The translations under genes and the position numbers were made by a program. Below the pieces are notes generated by a model. The model was not told the DNA's origin. It made no database searches and worked only from the letters and a program-made list of their open reading frames with translations. A DNA stretch of 64,000 nt. Source: Acidobacteriota bacterium (GTDB lineage: Bacteria; Acidobacteriota; Thermoanaerobaculia; Gp7-AA8). The DNA lies in contig JAFATB010000025.1 of the NCBI GenBank assembly GCA_019244185.1, forward strand, positions 64,001 to 128,000, given 5' to 3'. Positions within the stretch are counted from its first letter, which is position 1, and the number at the start of each line of letters is the position of its first letter. Positions 48,217-57,951 of this stretch are shown one piece after another.

Positions 48217-49531
48217 CGAAGTGGATCGGGCAACCCGGCAACACGAGCGCCTCGCGGAACTGGTTCTCGAGGTAGCGCCGATACGAAAAGTGCAGCGGCT
48301 CGTCGACGTTCGAGAACAACGCGAACGTCGGCGGCCCCGACTTCAGTTGCGTGACGTAGTAGAAGCGGCGCGGCTTGCCGCGCACCGACGGCGGATTGTG
48401 CGCGGTCACGGCGCGCTCGAGGATGCCGTTGAGGTCCGACGTGCGGAACTTGCGGCGGTACCCGTCGATGATCGCGTCGATCTTCGGGAAGATCTTTTCG
48501 ACGCGCCGGCCGGTCTTCGCGGAGATGAACTCGAGCGGCGCGTACGAGAGGAACTTGAGGCGGAAGCGCGTCTGGTCCTCGAACTTCTTGTAGTCGTCCT
48601 GCGCGTGCTCGCCGACGTCCCACTTGTTGACGAGCAGCATCGCCGCCTTTCCCGCGTCTTCCGCGTAGCCGGCGACCGTCGCGTCCTGCCCCGTCACGCC
48701 CTCGGTCGCGTCGATCATCACCAGCGCGATCTCGCAGCGCTCGATCGCCTTGCGCGCCGAGATCACGGCGAGCTTCTCCGCTTCGTCCGTCGTCTTGCCT
48801 TTGCGGCGGATGCCGGCGGTGTCGATGATGAGATACGGCCGTCCGTTGCGCGTGATCTCCATGTCGATGGCGTCGCGCGTGGTGCCGGAGATCGGCGAGA
48901 CCACCGCCCGCTCCTGCTGCGTGAGGCGGTTGAGCAGCGACGACTTGCCGACGTTCGGGCGGCCGATGATGGCGACGCGGATCGGACCGTTCGCGTCGTC
49001 TTCGTCGTCCTGCGCCGATTCGGCGGGGACGATCTCCGCGATCGCGTCGACGAGATCGTCGACGCCGTCGCCGTGCTCCGCCGACATCGACAGCACGCGC
49101 TCCAAACCGAGCTCCCAGAACTCCGGCACGCTTTCTTCGGCGTCCTTGCGATCGGTCTTGTTGACGACGAGCACGGTCTTCGCCGCCTCGCTGCGCAACT
49201 CCTGCGCGATGTCGCGATCTTCCGCGAGCAATCCCGCCGCGCCGTCGACGACGAAGATGATGAAATCGGCGTCGGCGAGCGCGCGCTGCGCCTGCTCGCG
49301 GATCTCGCCCGCGAACGCCGACATCGGCGTGTCGCCGTATTCGAGTCCGCCCGTGTCGGTGAGCTCGTAGCGGCGGCCGTCATCGAGCTCGACGACGTCG
49401 GTGAGACGGTCGCGGGTCATGCCCGGCAGATCGTGAATCAGCGCGCGGCGCTTGCCCGCGAGGCGGTTGAAGAGCGTCGACTTGCCGACGTTCGGCCGCC
49501 CCACGATCACCACTTTCTTCAGCGACGCCAT
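48176..49531 (-). CDS. der: Ribosome biogenesis GTPase Der
   Basis: Tandem GRPNVGKS domains, DTGG/DTAG, KH-like C-terminus. Confidence 0.96.
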   Translation of the reverse strand: MASLKKVVIVGRPNVGKSTLFNRLAGKRRALIHDLPGMTRDRLTDVVELDDGRRYELTDTGGLEYGDTPMSAFAGEIREQAQRALADADFIIFVVDGAAGLLAEDRDIAQELRSEAAKTVLVVNKTDRKDAEESVPEFWELGLERVLSMSAEHGDGVDDLVDAIAEIVPAESAQDDEDDANGPIRVAIIGRPNVGKSSLLNRLTQQERAVVSPISGTTRDAIDMEITRNGRPYLIIDTAGIRRKGKTTDEAEKLAVISARKAIERCEIALVMIDATEGVTGQDATVAGYAEDAGKAAMLLVNKWDVGEHAQDDYKKFEDQTRFRLKFLSYAPLEFISAKTGRRVEKIFPKIDAIIDGYRRKFRTSDLNGILERAVTAHNPPSVRGKPRRFYYVTQLKSGPPTFALFSNVDEPLHFSYRRYLENQFREALVLPGCPIHFVIRARKGMKREQR

Positions 49532-50922
49532 CACGACCCTCCCATCGGTCTCTGCAAATACGCGTGCCAGTCGAAGAGACCGAAGGCGAGTTGCGCGTAA
49601 TAGAACAGCACCGCGCCGGCCACGGTGTTGAAGAAGTTCAGCACGCCGTTCGGCATCGGCTCGCCGTGGCGGCGGTTCCAGCTGCCGGCGAGACTCTCGA
49701 GATACGAGCCGCTGAACGCGCAGAGCGCGAGCGCACCGACGAGGCTCCACGAAAAGATCGCGCCGAAGAACTGCCGGTCGACCGCCCACGTCGAAACGAG
49801 CGCGACGATGAAGCCGCCGATCGCGCCGGCGAGCGTGCCTTCGACGGAGATCGCGCCCTCGGTGCCGGTCGGCACGCGCCGCAGCGTGAGCGGCAGGAAG
49901 GCGCGCTTGCCGAGGAGCTGGCCGATCTCGGAGGCAGTCGTGTCGGCGGCGGCGGTGGCGAGCGAGGCGATGCCCATGAAGAGCGGCAGCAGCTCGTACT
50001 CCATCTGTCCCGCTGCCGCGCGCGCGAGGCGCGAGACCGCGATCGCGCAGATGGCCGCGGTGCCGACGTTCGCAAACGCGTGGCTGATGCCGCGACGGCC
50101 GCCGTGTCCTTCCGCGAGTCCGCGCTTCGCTTTCCGTTGATATCCAAGTTTCGTCGCACCGGTGCCGATGATGAAGAACGCCAGCAGCGCGACGTAGAGC
50201 GGCCAGCCGGCGCCGAGGATGATGATCGTGCCGAGGAGAAAGCCGCCGAGCGCGCCGGAGAAGCTCACGCTGCGCGCGAAATAGCCGAGGAGCGCGAGCG
50301 CGCCGTTGACGAGCAGCCACGCCGGCGTGTGCGGCCACGTGCTGTACGGCAGCGTCGGATGAATGCCGGCCACCAGCAGGGCCACGCTCGCCGCGAACGG
50401 CACGGCGAGGTTGTCGTCGACGCCGAGCGGCATCGACTCGACCAGCGCCGCCGCGAGCGTCGCGATGAGCACCACCAGCGGCTCTCGGTAGTTCATCCAG
50501 TACGCCACCGCCAGCGCGCCGGCGCCGCCGAGGACAACGAACGCGATCAGGCCGCCGAGACTTTTGTCGCGATTCCACGGCAGCGGCGCGAGGCGGAACG
50601 CTTTCCCCGCCAGCGTGGCGATGCCGTCGCCGAACGCGAGCAGCATCCAGCCGATGGCGGCGAAGTGCAGCGCGTCGTGGAAGACGAGAATCAGCAGCAG
50701 CACCGCGACGGGATAGAGCACGATGCCCGCGTCGTAGCCGCGCTCGTGGCGCGCGACGGCGCGTCCGACGAGGCGATGCAGCACGAGCCAGTTCGAGACG
50801 ATGGCCACCACGCAGACCGCCGCGGCCATCGGCCACGACAGCCATTTCAGCGCGAAAGCGACCAGGCCGAAGGCGATGTGCAGCGACTTTCGCAGCGTTT
50901 CGTTGGTGACGTGAGCCGGCAT
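49531..50922 (-). CDS. Phytol/dolichol kinase-like domain fused to DUF92
   Basis: LRKSLH, FGDGIA..KSLGG, DDNLAVP; then GRRG...AFAN, AADTTASEIG, GTEGAISVEG. Confidence 0.8.
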   Translation of the reverse strand: MPAHVTNETLRKSLHIAFGLVAFALKWLSWPMAAAVCVVAIVSNWLVLHRLVGRAVARHERGYDAGIVLYPVAVLLLILVFHDALHFAAIGWMLLAFGDGIATLAGKAFRLAPLPWNRDKSLGGLIAFVVLGGAGALAVAYWMNYREPLVVLIATLAAALVESMPLGVDDNLAVPFAASVALLVAGIHPTLPYSTWPHTPAWLLVNGALALLGYFARSVSFSGALGGFLLGTIIILGAGWPLYVALLAFFIIGTGATKLGYQRKAKRGLAEGHGGRRGISHAFANVGTAAICAIAVSRLARAAAGQMEYELLPLFMGIASLATAAADTTASEIGQLLGKRAFLPLTLRRVPTGTEGAISVEGTLAGAIGGFIVALVSTWAVDRQFFGAIFSWSLVGALALCAFSGSYLESLAGSWNRRHGEPMPNGVLNFFNTVAGAVLFYYAQLAFGLFDWHAYLQRPMGGS

Positions 50923-50952
50923 CTGCGCGGCGAATGATATATACGCCCGCCG

Positions 50953-52347
50953 ATGGACGCTCCGCTGTTATCGGTCATCGTCCCCTGCTACAACGAACGC
51001 GCGACGGTCGCGGAGCTGCTGCGCCGCGTGCGCGAGGTTCCCGTCGACAAGGAGATCGTCGTCATCGACGATCAGTCCACCGATGGCTCGCGCGACGTCG
51101 TCGCCTCCCTCGGCTGGCCCGAGCTCCGCCACATCCTGCAGCCGGTGAACATGGGCAAAGGCGCCGCCATCCGCCGCGGCATCGCGGAAGCGCGTGGCGA
51201 GATCGTGCTCATTCAGGACGCCGATCTCGAGTACGACCCGGAGGAGTATCCGAAGCTCATTCAGCCGATCGTCGACGGCCACGCCGACGTCGTCTTCGGC
51301 TCGCGCTTCGAAGGCTACCCGCGCCGCGTGATGCTCTTCTGGCATCGCATGGGGAACACGTTCCTCACGTTTTTGTCGAACATGACCACGAACCTCGATC
51401 TCACGGATATGGAGACCTGCTACAAGGTCTTCCGCCGCGACGTGATCCAGTCGATCACGCTGCGCTCGAACCGCTTCGGCATCGAGCCGGAGATCACGGC
51501 GAAGGTCGCGCGCCGCGGCTATCGCATCTTCGAAGTGCCGATCTCGTACTACGGCCGCGAGTACTGGGAAGGGAAGAAGATCAACTGGAAGGACGGCTTC
51601 AGCGCGATCTGGACGATCCTGCGCTACGGCCTCTTCGAAGACCGCGCGAGCGAGCCGCGCACGTATCTGCAGCTGCGGCGCCGCGCGCGGCTGCACAAAT
51701 ACAACGCGTGGGTGTGGGAGCGGCTGCAGCCGTGGGTCGGGCAGCGCGTGCTCGAGGCGGGCGCGGGCAGCGGCACGATGACGCGCTTCTTCTACGGACG
51801 CGAGTTGATCGTCGCCGCGGACAAAGAGCAGCCGTATTACGACCGCCTGCGCAACGCGTTCCGCCGCCGTCCCGGCATTTTCGTCGAGCGTCTCGATCTC
51901 GAATCCGACAGCGCGCTCGCGCTCGCGCACTATCGCTTCGACACCGTGACGTGCATCAACGTCCTCGAACATACGGCCGACGACGTCGGCGCGCTGCGCC
52001 GCGCGCACGAGCTGCTCGTGCCGGGCGGGCGCGTGCTCGTGTTCGTGCCCGCCGATCCGGCGCTCTTCGGCTCGATGGACCGCGGCATCGGACACCTGCG
52101 TCGCTACACGAAAGAGGAATTGGTCGCGAAACTGCAGCAGGCGGGCTTCGAGGTGGAGCACGTGAGCTTTCAGAATCGCGTCGGCCGTCTGGCCTGGCGC
52201 CTCAACACGACGTTCTTCGCGCGCCGCGCGCTGCCGTCGGGACAGTCGCGCGTGTTCGACGCGCTCGTGCCGCTGCTGCGCAGACTCGAAGGGGACACTC
52301 CGCCGAACGGCCTCAGTCTCATCGCGGTCGGGAGAAAGTCCGCGTGA
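50953..52347 (+). CDS. GT2 (polyprenol-phosphate glycosyltransferase-like) fused to a SAM methyltransferase
   Basis: [27 protein letters not shown]; [16 protein letters not shown]. Confidence 0.88.
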   Translation: MDAPLLSVIVPCYNERATVAELLRRVREVPVDKEIVVIDDQSTDGSRDVVASLGWPELRHILQPVNMGKGAAIRRGIAEARGEIVLIQDADLEYDPEEYPKLIQPIVDGHADVVFGSRFEGYPRRVMLFWHRMGNTFLTFLSNMTTNLDLTDMETCYKVFRRDVIQSITLRSNRFGIEPEITAKVARRGYRIFEVPISYYGREYWEGKKINWKDGFSAIWTILRYGLFEDRASEPRTYLQLRRRARLHKYNAWVWERLQPWVGQRVLEAGAGSGTMTRFFYGRELIVAADKEQPYYDRLRNAFRRRPGIFVERLDLESDSALALAHYRFDTVTCINVLEHTADDVGALRRAHELLVPGGRVLVFVPADPALFGSMDRGIGHLRRYTKEELVAKLQQAGFEVEHVSFQNRVGRLAWRLNTTFFARRALPSGQSRVFDALVPLLRRLEGDTPPNGLSLIAVGRKSA

Positions 52348-53198
52348 CGCGCGCCGCGGTGATCCTCGCCGGCGGCGCCGGCACGCGTCTGCGTCCGCTG
52401 AGCTCCGACGAGAATCCGAAGCAATTCCTGAAGCTCTTCGACGGCCGCTCGCTGCTGCAACTGACGTGGTCGCGCGTCGCGCGGCTGCTGCCGCCGGAAG
52501 CGATCTTCGTCTCGACGAACGTCCAGTACGCGGACAAGTGCCGCGCGCATCTGCCGGAGCTGCCGCGCGAGAACGTGCTCGCCGAGCCCGCGCGCCGCAA
52601 CACCGCACCCGCGATCGCGCTCTGCACCTTCGCCATCGAATCGCGCCTCGGTCCGAGCACGGTCGCGTTCCTCGCGTCGGATCACTTCATCGCCGACGAG
52701 CCGGAGTTCGTGCGCGTGCTCGATCGCGCGTACGCATTCGCGGAAACGCACGACACGCTGATGACCATCGGCATCGAACCGACGGAGCCGAACACCGGCT
52801 ACGGCTATCTCGAGCTCGCGGAGCGCATCGAGGACGAGGTCTTCCGCGTGGCCGCGTTCACGGAGAAGCCGGACGAGGCGCGCGCGCGCGAGTTCCTGCG
52901 CGCCGGCAACTACGCCTGGAACGCGAGCATGTTCGTCTGGCGCACGGACGTGTTTCGCCGCGAGCTCACCGCGGCCGCGCCGGAGATCGCGCGCGTGACG
53001 AACGAGAACTACGAGTCGATGCCGTCGATCTCGATCGACTACGCGATGATGGAGAAGAGCCGCGACGTGGCCACGATTCGCGGAGATTTCGGCTGGTCGG
53101 ACGTGGGGTCGTTCGAGGCGCTGCGGAAAGTGGGAGTGGTGTTGCCGGAGGGGATTGAGAAGATGAATGAAGAACGCAGAACGCAGAACGCAGAATGA
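52344..53198 (+). CDS. manC: Mannose-1-phosphate guanylyltransferase
   Basis: [48 protein letters not shown]. Confidence 0.88.
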   Translation: MTRAAVILAGGAGTRLRPLSSDENPKQFLKLFDGRSLLQLTWSRVARLLPPEAIFVSTNVQYADKCRAHLPELPRENVLAEPARRNTAPAIALCTFAIESRLGPSTVAFLASDHFIADEPEFVRVLDRAYAFAETHDTLMTIGIEPTEPNTGYGYLELAERIEDEVFRVAAFTEKPDEARAREFLRAGNYAWNASMFVWRTDVFRRELTAAAPEIARVTNENYESMPSISIDYAMMEKSRDVATIRGDFGWSDVGSFEALRKVGVVLPEGIEKMNEERRTQNAE

Positions 53199-53274
53199 AG
53201 AAAGGAGCACGTGCGCGCGCAGCGCGCCACCACCGTTCTCAATTCTTCATTCTGCGTTCTGCGTTCTTCATTCG
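53162..53274 (+). repeat. Heptamer foldback element, copy 3
   Basis: Same arms and GAAAGGAGCAC junction as copy 2; overlaps the 3' ends of both convergent genes. Confidence 0.88.
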
Positions 53275-54110
53275 TCTTTGAACAGCGCCGCCGCGTTCTC
53301 CCACAGGATCTTCCGCTCGACGGCTTCGCCGAGTCCGAGCGCGAGAAAATCCTCGACGTTCTTCTTCATCGACACGACGCCCGGCGACGGCCAGTCGGTG
53401 CCCCACAAGACTTTGTCGGCGAGATCGGCGACGCGCGGGACGTAGCGCAGCAGCGCTTTCGGCGGAATGCCGGAGATGTCGAGGCGCACGTTCGCGTGCC
53501 GCCGCGCGAGGAAGAACGCGGTCTCGCCGTAGAGGGGGCGTCCCGCGTGCGCGAGGATGATCGGCAGGCGCGGGAAGTCGATGGCCACGTCGTCGATCGG
53601 CATCGGATCGGCGAAGACGTTGCGCGCGCGCGGAAACACGGACGTCCCCGTGTGGAACATCACCGGCACGCCGCGCTCCTCGCATTCGCGGTAGATCTCC
53701 GCGAGCTGCCACAGCTCGCCGCGGTAACCGTTCGGCGCGAAGAGCTGGTGCGGCGGATGGATCTTGATCATGCCGATGCCGAGGTCGAGGACGCGGCGGA
53801 TCTCGCCGCGCACGTCCATCTCGTGCAGCGGATTGACCGAGCCGACGGCGACGAGGCGATCGCGATGCCCGCGCGTGAAGTTCGCGATCCAGTCGTTCAC
53901 CTCGCGCGTGAAGCCCATGACGTCCGGCGAGACGTAGTTGATGCAGCCGATGCGCTCGACGCCTTCGGCATCCATGTGCCGCAGCAGCGCCTCCGGCGTC
54001 GCGAGGATGTCCTTCGCGTTCGCATGCGAGGCGTCGTCGATCAGCGCGAGCGCCTCGGGCTTCACCATCTCCCACGGCTGGACGTGGACGTGGATGTCGA
54101 AGACTCTCAC
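53268..54110 (-). CDS. Amidohydrolase_2 family metallohydrolase
   Basis: DIHVH, KIHP, FHTG, LAHAG, WGTDWP. Confidence 0.88.
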   Translation of the reverse strand: MRVFDIHVHVQPWEMVKPEALALIDDASHANAKDILATPEALLRHMDAEGVERIGCINYVSPDVMGFTREVNDWIANFTRGHRDRLVAVGSVNPLHEMDVRGEIRRVLDLGIGMIKIHPPHQLFAPNGYRGELWQLAEIYRECEERGVPVMFHTGTSVFPRARNVFADPMPIDDVAIDFPRLPIILAHAGRPLYGETAFFLARRHANVRLDISGIPPKALLRYVPRVADLADKVLWGTDWPSPGVVSMKKNVEDFLALGLGEAVERKILWENAAALFKDE

Positions 54111-54556
54111 GCCAGCATCACCAGCCGCATGCAGACCGCGCTGTCGCAAACGCCGTCCTGAAATTCAGTGGAGCCGAGCAGCTGCGGATGCACTTCGTCG
54201 CGATCGATCGGCTTGAAGCCGCGCTTGCGGAAGTACTCCTCGGCGCTCGTCGTCAGCAGGTAGAACTCGCGCAGGCCTCGCGACGCGAGACGGTCAAGGA
54301 GTTGACGAACGACGCGGCGGCCGAGGCCCTGGCTGCGATACGCGGGCGTCACGGCGATCGAGCGGATCAGTGCCGCGAACTGGTACGCCTCGGCGCCGCC
54401 GCACGCCACGAGCTCGCCGAGGTGGCGCGCGACCAGGAACGTCTTCCAGTGCTCGTCGACGCCGGAGGTGGGAAGTCCGGCATTCGTGAGGAGTGCCTTG
54501 ATGGCGTCGACGTCGTTCGCCGTCGCCGGCGCGATCGTGATTTCAGTGGTCGACAT
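54107..54556 (-). CDS. GNAT acetyltransferase (ArsN2-like)
   Basis: LIRSIAV..RSQGLG, YLLTTSAEEYF, C-terminal CDSAVCM. Confidence 0.75.
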   Translation of the reverse strand: MSTTEITIAPATANDVDAIKALLTNAGLPTSGVDEHWKTFLVARHLGELVACGGAEAYQFAALIRSIAVTPAYRSQGLGRRVVRQLLDRLASRGLREFYLLTTSAEEYFRKRGFKPIDRDEVHPQLLGSTEFQDGVCDSAVCMRLVMLA

Positions 54557-54576
54557 GAACGCGGCCGATGATAACG

Positions 54577-54604
54577 AAAAAGGCCGCGCCTGGCGGCGCG
54601 GCCT
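54577..54604 (-). terminator. Intrinsic terminator
   Basis: AGGCCGCGCC hairpin followed by a T-run on the minus strand. Confidence 0.75.
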
Positions 54605-54628
54605 CGCGTGACTGCGTTGGTCGAAGCG

Positions 54629-55021
54629 TTAGTGGCGGCCGGAGGACGAGCTGCCGAGGTCGCCCGTGCTGCCGATTTCGCCCTTGTTGCTGCTGCCGGA
54701 GCCGCGCGACGTGCCGCTGCTCGGGTTGTTCTCCATGTTGCTTCCGGTCGAGCCGCTGTTGCGACCGCTCGACGAACCGTAGCCGCCGCTGCCGGAGTTG
54801 CGCGACGATTCGTTGCTCACGTTCTCGTTGTTCAGGTTGTCTTCATTCCGGTTGTGCATGTTGTCTCCTTCGAGTTGTTCGGCGCGTCCGATGTGTTCAC
54901 CGAACTCCACGCCGTTACCGCTCTGCTCGCGCCCCTTCCGCTCCTCGGTCCGGCGATTCAGATCACCGGCGTCGGTCGGTGTGGTGCGCTTGCTGACGCC
55001 ATCGCGTTCGCGATTTTCCAT
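54629..55021 (-). CDS. Small Gly/Ser/Asn-rich hydrophilic protein
   Basis: AGGAGG SD, own terminator, low-complexity sequence. Confidence 0.7.
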   Translation of the reverse strand: MENRERDGVSKRTTPTDAGDLNRRTEERKGREQSGNGVEFGEHIGRAEQLEGDNMHNRNEDNLNNENVSNESSRNSGSGGYGSSSGRNSGSTGSNMENNPSSGTSRGSGSSNKGEIGSTGDLGSSSSGRH

Positions 55022-55043
55022 GTCACCTCCTGCCTTCCGGAAG

Positions 55044-55059
55044 TGCAACACGGATGCCG
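55044..55059 (-). promoter_or_regulatory. Candidate sigma54 promoter
   Basis: CGGCATCCGTGTTGCA (GG-N10-GC) on the minus strand. Confidence 0.55.
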
Positions 55060-55088
55060 ATAACTCATTGACTCGTAAAGGAATAAAG

Positions 55089-55823
55089 TCAGCGCAACTC
55101 GAAGACGACGGACACCGTGTAGCCGTTCTCCTGCGTCCCCGCCTCGACCGGAACGTCGACCTGCGCGGCCTGCGCTTTCATCGCCATCGCGCGCACTGGA
55201 TACGGCGGCGGCGGCGCTGCCTGCGAGCCTTCGCTGATCGAGAGCGCGCGGCCGAGCGTGCGGCCCGCGGCCTGTGCAAGCGCGTTCGCGCGGGCGCGCG
55301 CATCGTCGAACGCGGCGCGCAGTCCCTGCTCGCGGCCGCGCGCCGGGTCGGAGACTTCGAACTGCAGGCCGGACGACGTGTTCACGCCGGCGGCGATGGC
55401 GATGCCGAGAAGCCGGCCGGCGTCGGCGACCTTCTCGCTGCGCACGGTCACGCTGTTCGTCGCCTGATAGCCGACGATGCGCGGCATCTGGTTCTGCTGA
55501 TAGTCCTGCTGCGGATAGAGATTGAATCCCGAGGTCTGGATGTCTTCATCGCGAGCGCCCGCTTTCTTCAGCGCGGCGATGACGGCGGCGACGCGGCGGT
55601 TGTTCTCGGCGACGGCGTCGTCGACGGTTGCGGACATCGTCTGCACTCCGACGTTGAAGGTGAAGCGATCGGGCGTGAGCGCGACGCGCCCGGTGCCGGT
55701 CACGCTGACCGTCTCCGGCGGATGCATCATCGGCATCATCTGCGGGTTCGGATTCGGCGGCGCCTGCTGGGCGAAGACCGCGGTGCTCGCGGCGAGGAAC
55801 AACGTGGCGAGAAATGTTTTCAT
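55089..55823 (-). CDS. SIMPL/DUF541 periplasmic protein
   Basis: Signal peptide; TVSVTGTG..PD; DIQTS; ARARANALA. Confidence 0.88.
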   Translation of the reverse strand: MKTFLATLFLAASTAVFAQQAPPNPNPQMMPMMHPPETVSVTGTGRVALTPDRFTFNVGVQTMSATVDDAVAENNRRVAAVIAALKKAGARDEDIQTSGFNLYPQQDYQQNQMPRIVGYQATNSVTVRSEKVADAGRLLGIAIAAGVNTSSGLQFEVSDPARGREQGLRAAFDDARARANALAQAAGRTLGRALSISEGSQAAPPPPYPVRAMAMKAQAAQVDVPVEAGTQENGYTVSVVFELR

Positions 55824-55851
55824 GCAACCTCCTGGTTTCGGGAGCACCATC

Positions 55852-56082
55852 ATGGCAGACCCCCACGACAAAGTTCCGGGACAGCCCACGGGACGCTACT
55901 ACGTCGATTCGCAGTGCATCGACTGCGATCTCTGCCGCGAGACCTCGCCCGCGAACTTCGTGCGGAATGACGAGCAGTGCTTCTCCTTCGTCTACAAACA
56001 GCCCGAGACGCCGGAAGAAGAACTGCTCTGCAAGGACGCGATGGACAACTGTCCCGTGGAAGCGATCGGCAACGACGGTTAG
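55852..56082 (+). CDS. Ferredoxin (single [4Fe-4S])
   Basis: CIDCDLC..CPVEAI. Confidence 0.88.
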   Translation: MADPHDKVPGQPTGRYYVDSQCIDCDLCRETSPANFVRNDEQCFSFVYKQPETPEEELLCKDAMDNCPVEAIGNDG

Positions 56083-56114
56083 AGGCCGCGAGGGCGCGGC
56101 GCGAAACCGCGCGC

Positions 56115-56558
56115 TCAGTGCAGCTTCTTGTCGACGCTCACCTGCTCGTGCCAGTCGTCGGCGAGCAACACCTCGATGAGCTCCTGCAACTCTTCCATGT
56201 GGAAGGGCTTCGTGAGCGCCGCGGTCATGCTGTTGCCCTTGGTGATCGTGAGGATGTCGCCTTTGCCCGACGCGACGACGACCGGCGTCCGCCGGCCTTG
56301 CTCGGCGTACCAGCTGATCCACTCCTCGCCGCTCATGCCGGGAAGGTTGAGGTCGAGCAGAATCAGGCGGGTGTCGGGGTTCGCGTTGAGGAGGCTGATC
56401 CCCTCCAGCGCGCCGCTGGCGGAGAGCACCTCATAGCCGCGCTTCTGCAGGTACGACTTGTAGAGCGCCAGCACTTCGGGATCGTCCTCGATGGCGAGGA
56501 TTTTGTTGTTCACTTTGCTGCTGTTCGTGTGTTGCTCCAGCATCGTGTTCTCCTGCAC
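56115..56558 (-). CDS. Single-domain response regulator
   Basis: IEDD, LLDLNLP, ASG, KPF. Confidence 0.88.
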   Translation of the reverse strand: MQENTMLEQHTNSSKVNNKILAIEDDPEVLALYKSYLQKRGYEVLSASGALEGISLLNANPDTRLILLDLNLPGMSGEEWISWYAEQGRRTPVVVASGKGDILTITKGNSMTAALTKPFHMEELQELIEVLLADDWHEQVSVDKKLH

Positions 56559-56615
56559 CGGCCGCTCTTGCGAGTTTCATGCTAACTGCTGAGCCGGTCC
56601 GTCGATAATGCCGGC

Positions 56616-56873
56616 GTGGGTGCGGCTCTCTGGCTCGGATGCGGCGTTCTGGCGTTTCTCGTTGCGAGGATCGTTCCGTTCTCGCGCCGTCCGGTCTGGC
56701 TGCCGGAGCTCGCGGTCTCTCTCGTGATCTCCGTGCTCCTCGGCCTCGTCGCGACCGCGCTCGACCTCGGCGGCTGGCGCGAGCCCGACTGGCGCGCCGC
56801 CGCGTTCGCGGGTTTCGGCGCGCTCGCGGCGATCGGGCTCCTGCGCCTCGCTACGCGCCCCACGCCTCACTGA
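56616..56873 (+). CDS. Small 3-TM membrane protein
   Basis: Three hydrophobic segments; GATAAT 6 nt before GTG. Confidence 0.6.
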   Translation: MGAALWLGCGVLAFLVARIVPFSRRPVWLPELAVSLVISVLLGLVATALDLGGWREPDWRAAAFAGFGALAAIGLLRLATRPTPH

Positions 56874-57942
56874 GCGCGCGGCGGAAGTTCGTGCCGAGGA
56901 TCTTCTCGATGACGCGCGACGCAACGCCGCGCTTCGCAAGACCATCGGCGATCTGCGCGAGCTTGCGCGGAACGTTCGCATCCGCGAGATACGTCGGACG
57001 ATCTTCTTCCGGGGCGGACACGCCGGCCTTCTTGCGCTCGTCGAGCTGCCGCTGGAACGCGGCCATGTTCGCGGCCGACGTGTCGAACGGCTCCATGCCG
57101 ACGTCGGTGCCGATGCCGACGTGGTCCTCCCCCATCACCGCGAGCGCGTGCGTCATGTGCGCGAGGTAATCGTCGGTCGCCGGCTGCTTCGGCGACGCCG
57201 CGATGTACGGCAGCATGTAGATGCCGAGCACCGCGCCCTTCGCCGCCGCGGCTTTCAGCAGCGCGTCGCTCTTGTTGCGCGGATGCGCATGCACCGCCGC
57301 GCAGCCGCCGTGCGAGAGGATCGGCGTCTTCGTCGTCGCCGCCAGCGCGGCGAGGCTGGTCTCCTCGTTCGCGTGACTCAGATCGAGCGCGACGCCGGTC
57401 TCGTTCATCCTCGTGATCGCCGCGCGACCGAGCTCCGTGAGGCCGCCTTTCGCGAGCACGCCGGAGCCGAACGGGCTGGGAATGTTGTACGACAGCTGCA
57501 TGACGCGCACGCCGAGGTTGCGGAAGAGGGTGATGCGGTCGAGCTGCCCGTCGAGCATGGCGATGCCTTCGAACGAGAAGATCATTCCGCTCTTGCGCTC
57601 GCGCTGCGCGCGGTCGATGTCGGCGACGGTGCGCACCTGCAGCAGTGCGTCGGGATGCTCCTCGATGACGCGGCTCCAGAACGCGAGCTCGTCGACGGTG
57701 TCGGTGAACGACGAGCCGAAGCCGCCGATGGTGGTCTTGCAGATGCGCACGCCGGAGTCGCGCAGCATCGCGAGGTCGTCTTTGCTCATGCCCGCGGCCG
57801 AGCTGACCGGCGGCGCGGTGTTCATGTCGATGACGAGCGCGCGATCGTAGAGGCTCGGGTCCGCGGCGGCCGCGCGGCGCGGCACCGCGAGCGAGACGGA
57901 GGCGGCGACGGCGGCAGCAGCGAACTCGCGCCGGTTGAGCAT
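56851..57942 (-). CDS. Tat-exported M19 membrane dipeptidase-like protein
   Basis: NRREF Tat motif; GVRVMQLSYN, DLSH, SH..HPRNKSD, VGIGTD. Confidence 0.82.
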   Translation of the reverse strand: MLNRREFAAAAVAASVSLAVPRRAAAADPSLYDRALVIDMNTAPPVSSAAGMSKDDLAMLRDSGVRICKTTIGGFGSSFTDTVDELAFWSRVIEEHPDALLQVRTVADIDRAQRERKSGMIFSFEGIAMLDGQLDRITLFRNLGVRVMQLSYNIPSPFGSGVLAKGGLTELGRAAITRMNETGVALDLSHANEETSLAALAATTKTPILSHGGCAAVHAHPRNKSDALLKAAAAKGAVLGIYMLPYIAASPKQPATDDYLAHMTHALAVMGEDHVGIGTDVGMEPFDTSAANMAAFQRQLDERKKAGVSAPEEDRPTYLADANVPRKLAQIADGLAKRGVASRVIEKILGTNFRRALSEAWGA

Positions 57943-57951
57943 GCGCCGATG

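Noticed and set aside
54107-54556. Arsenic-resistance island
   Set aside because: The ArsN2-like GNAT is alone, with no arsR/C/B or acr3 nearby
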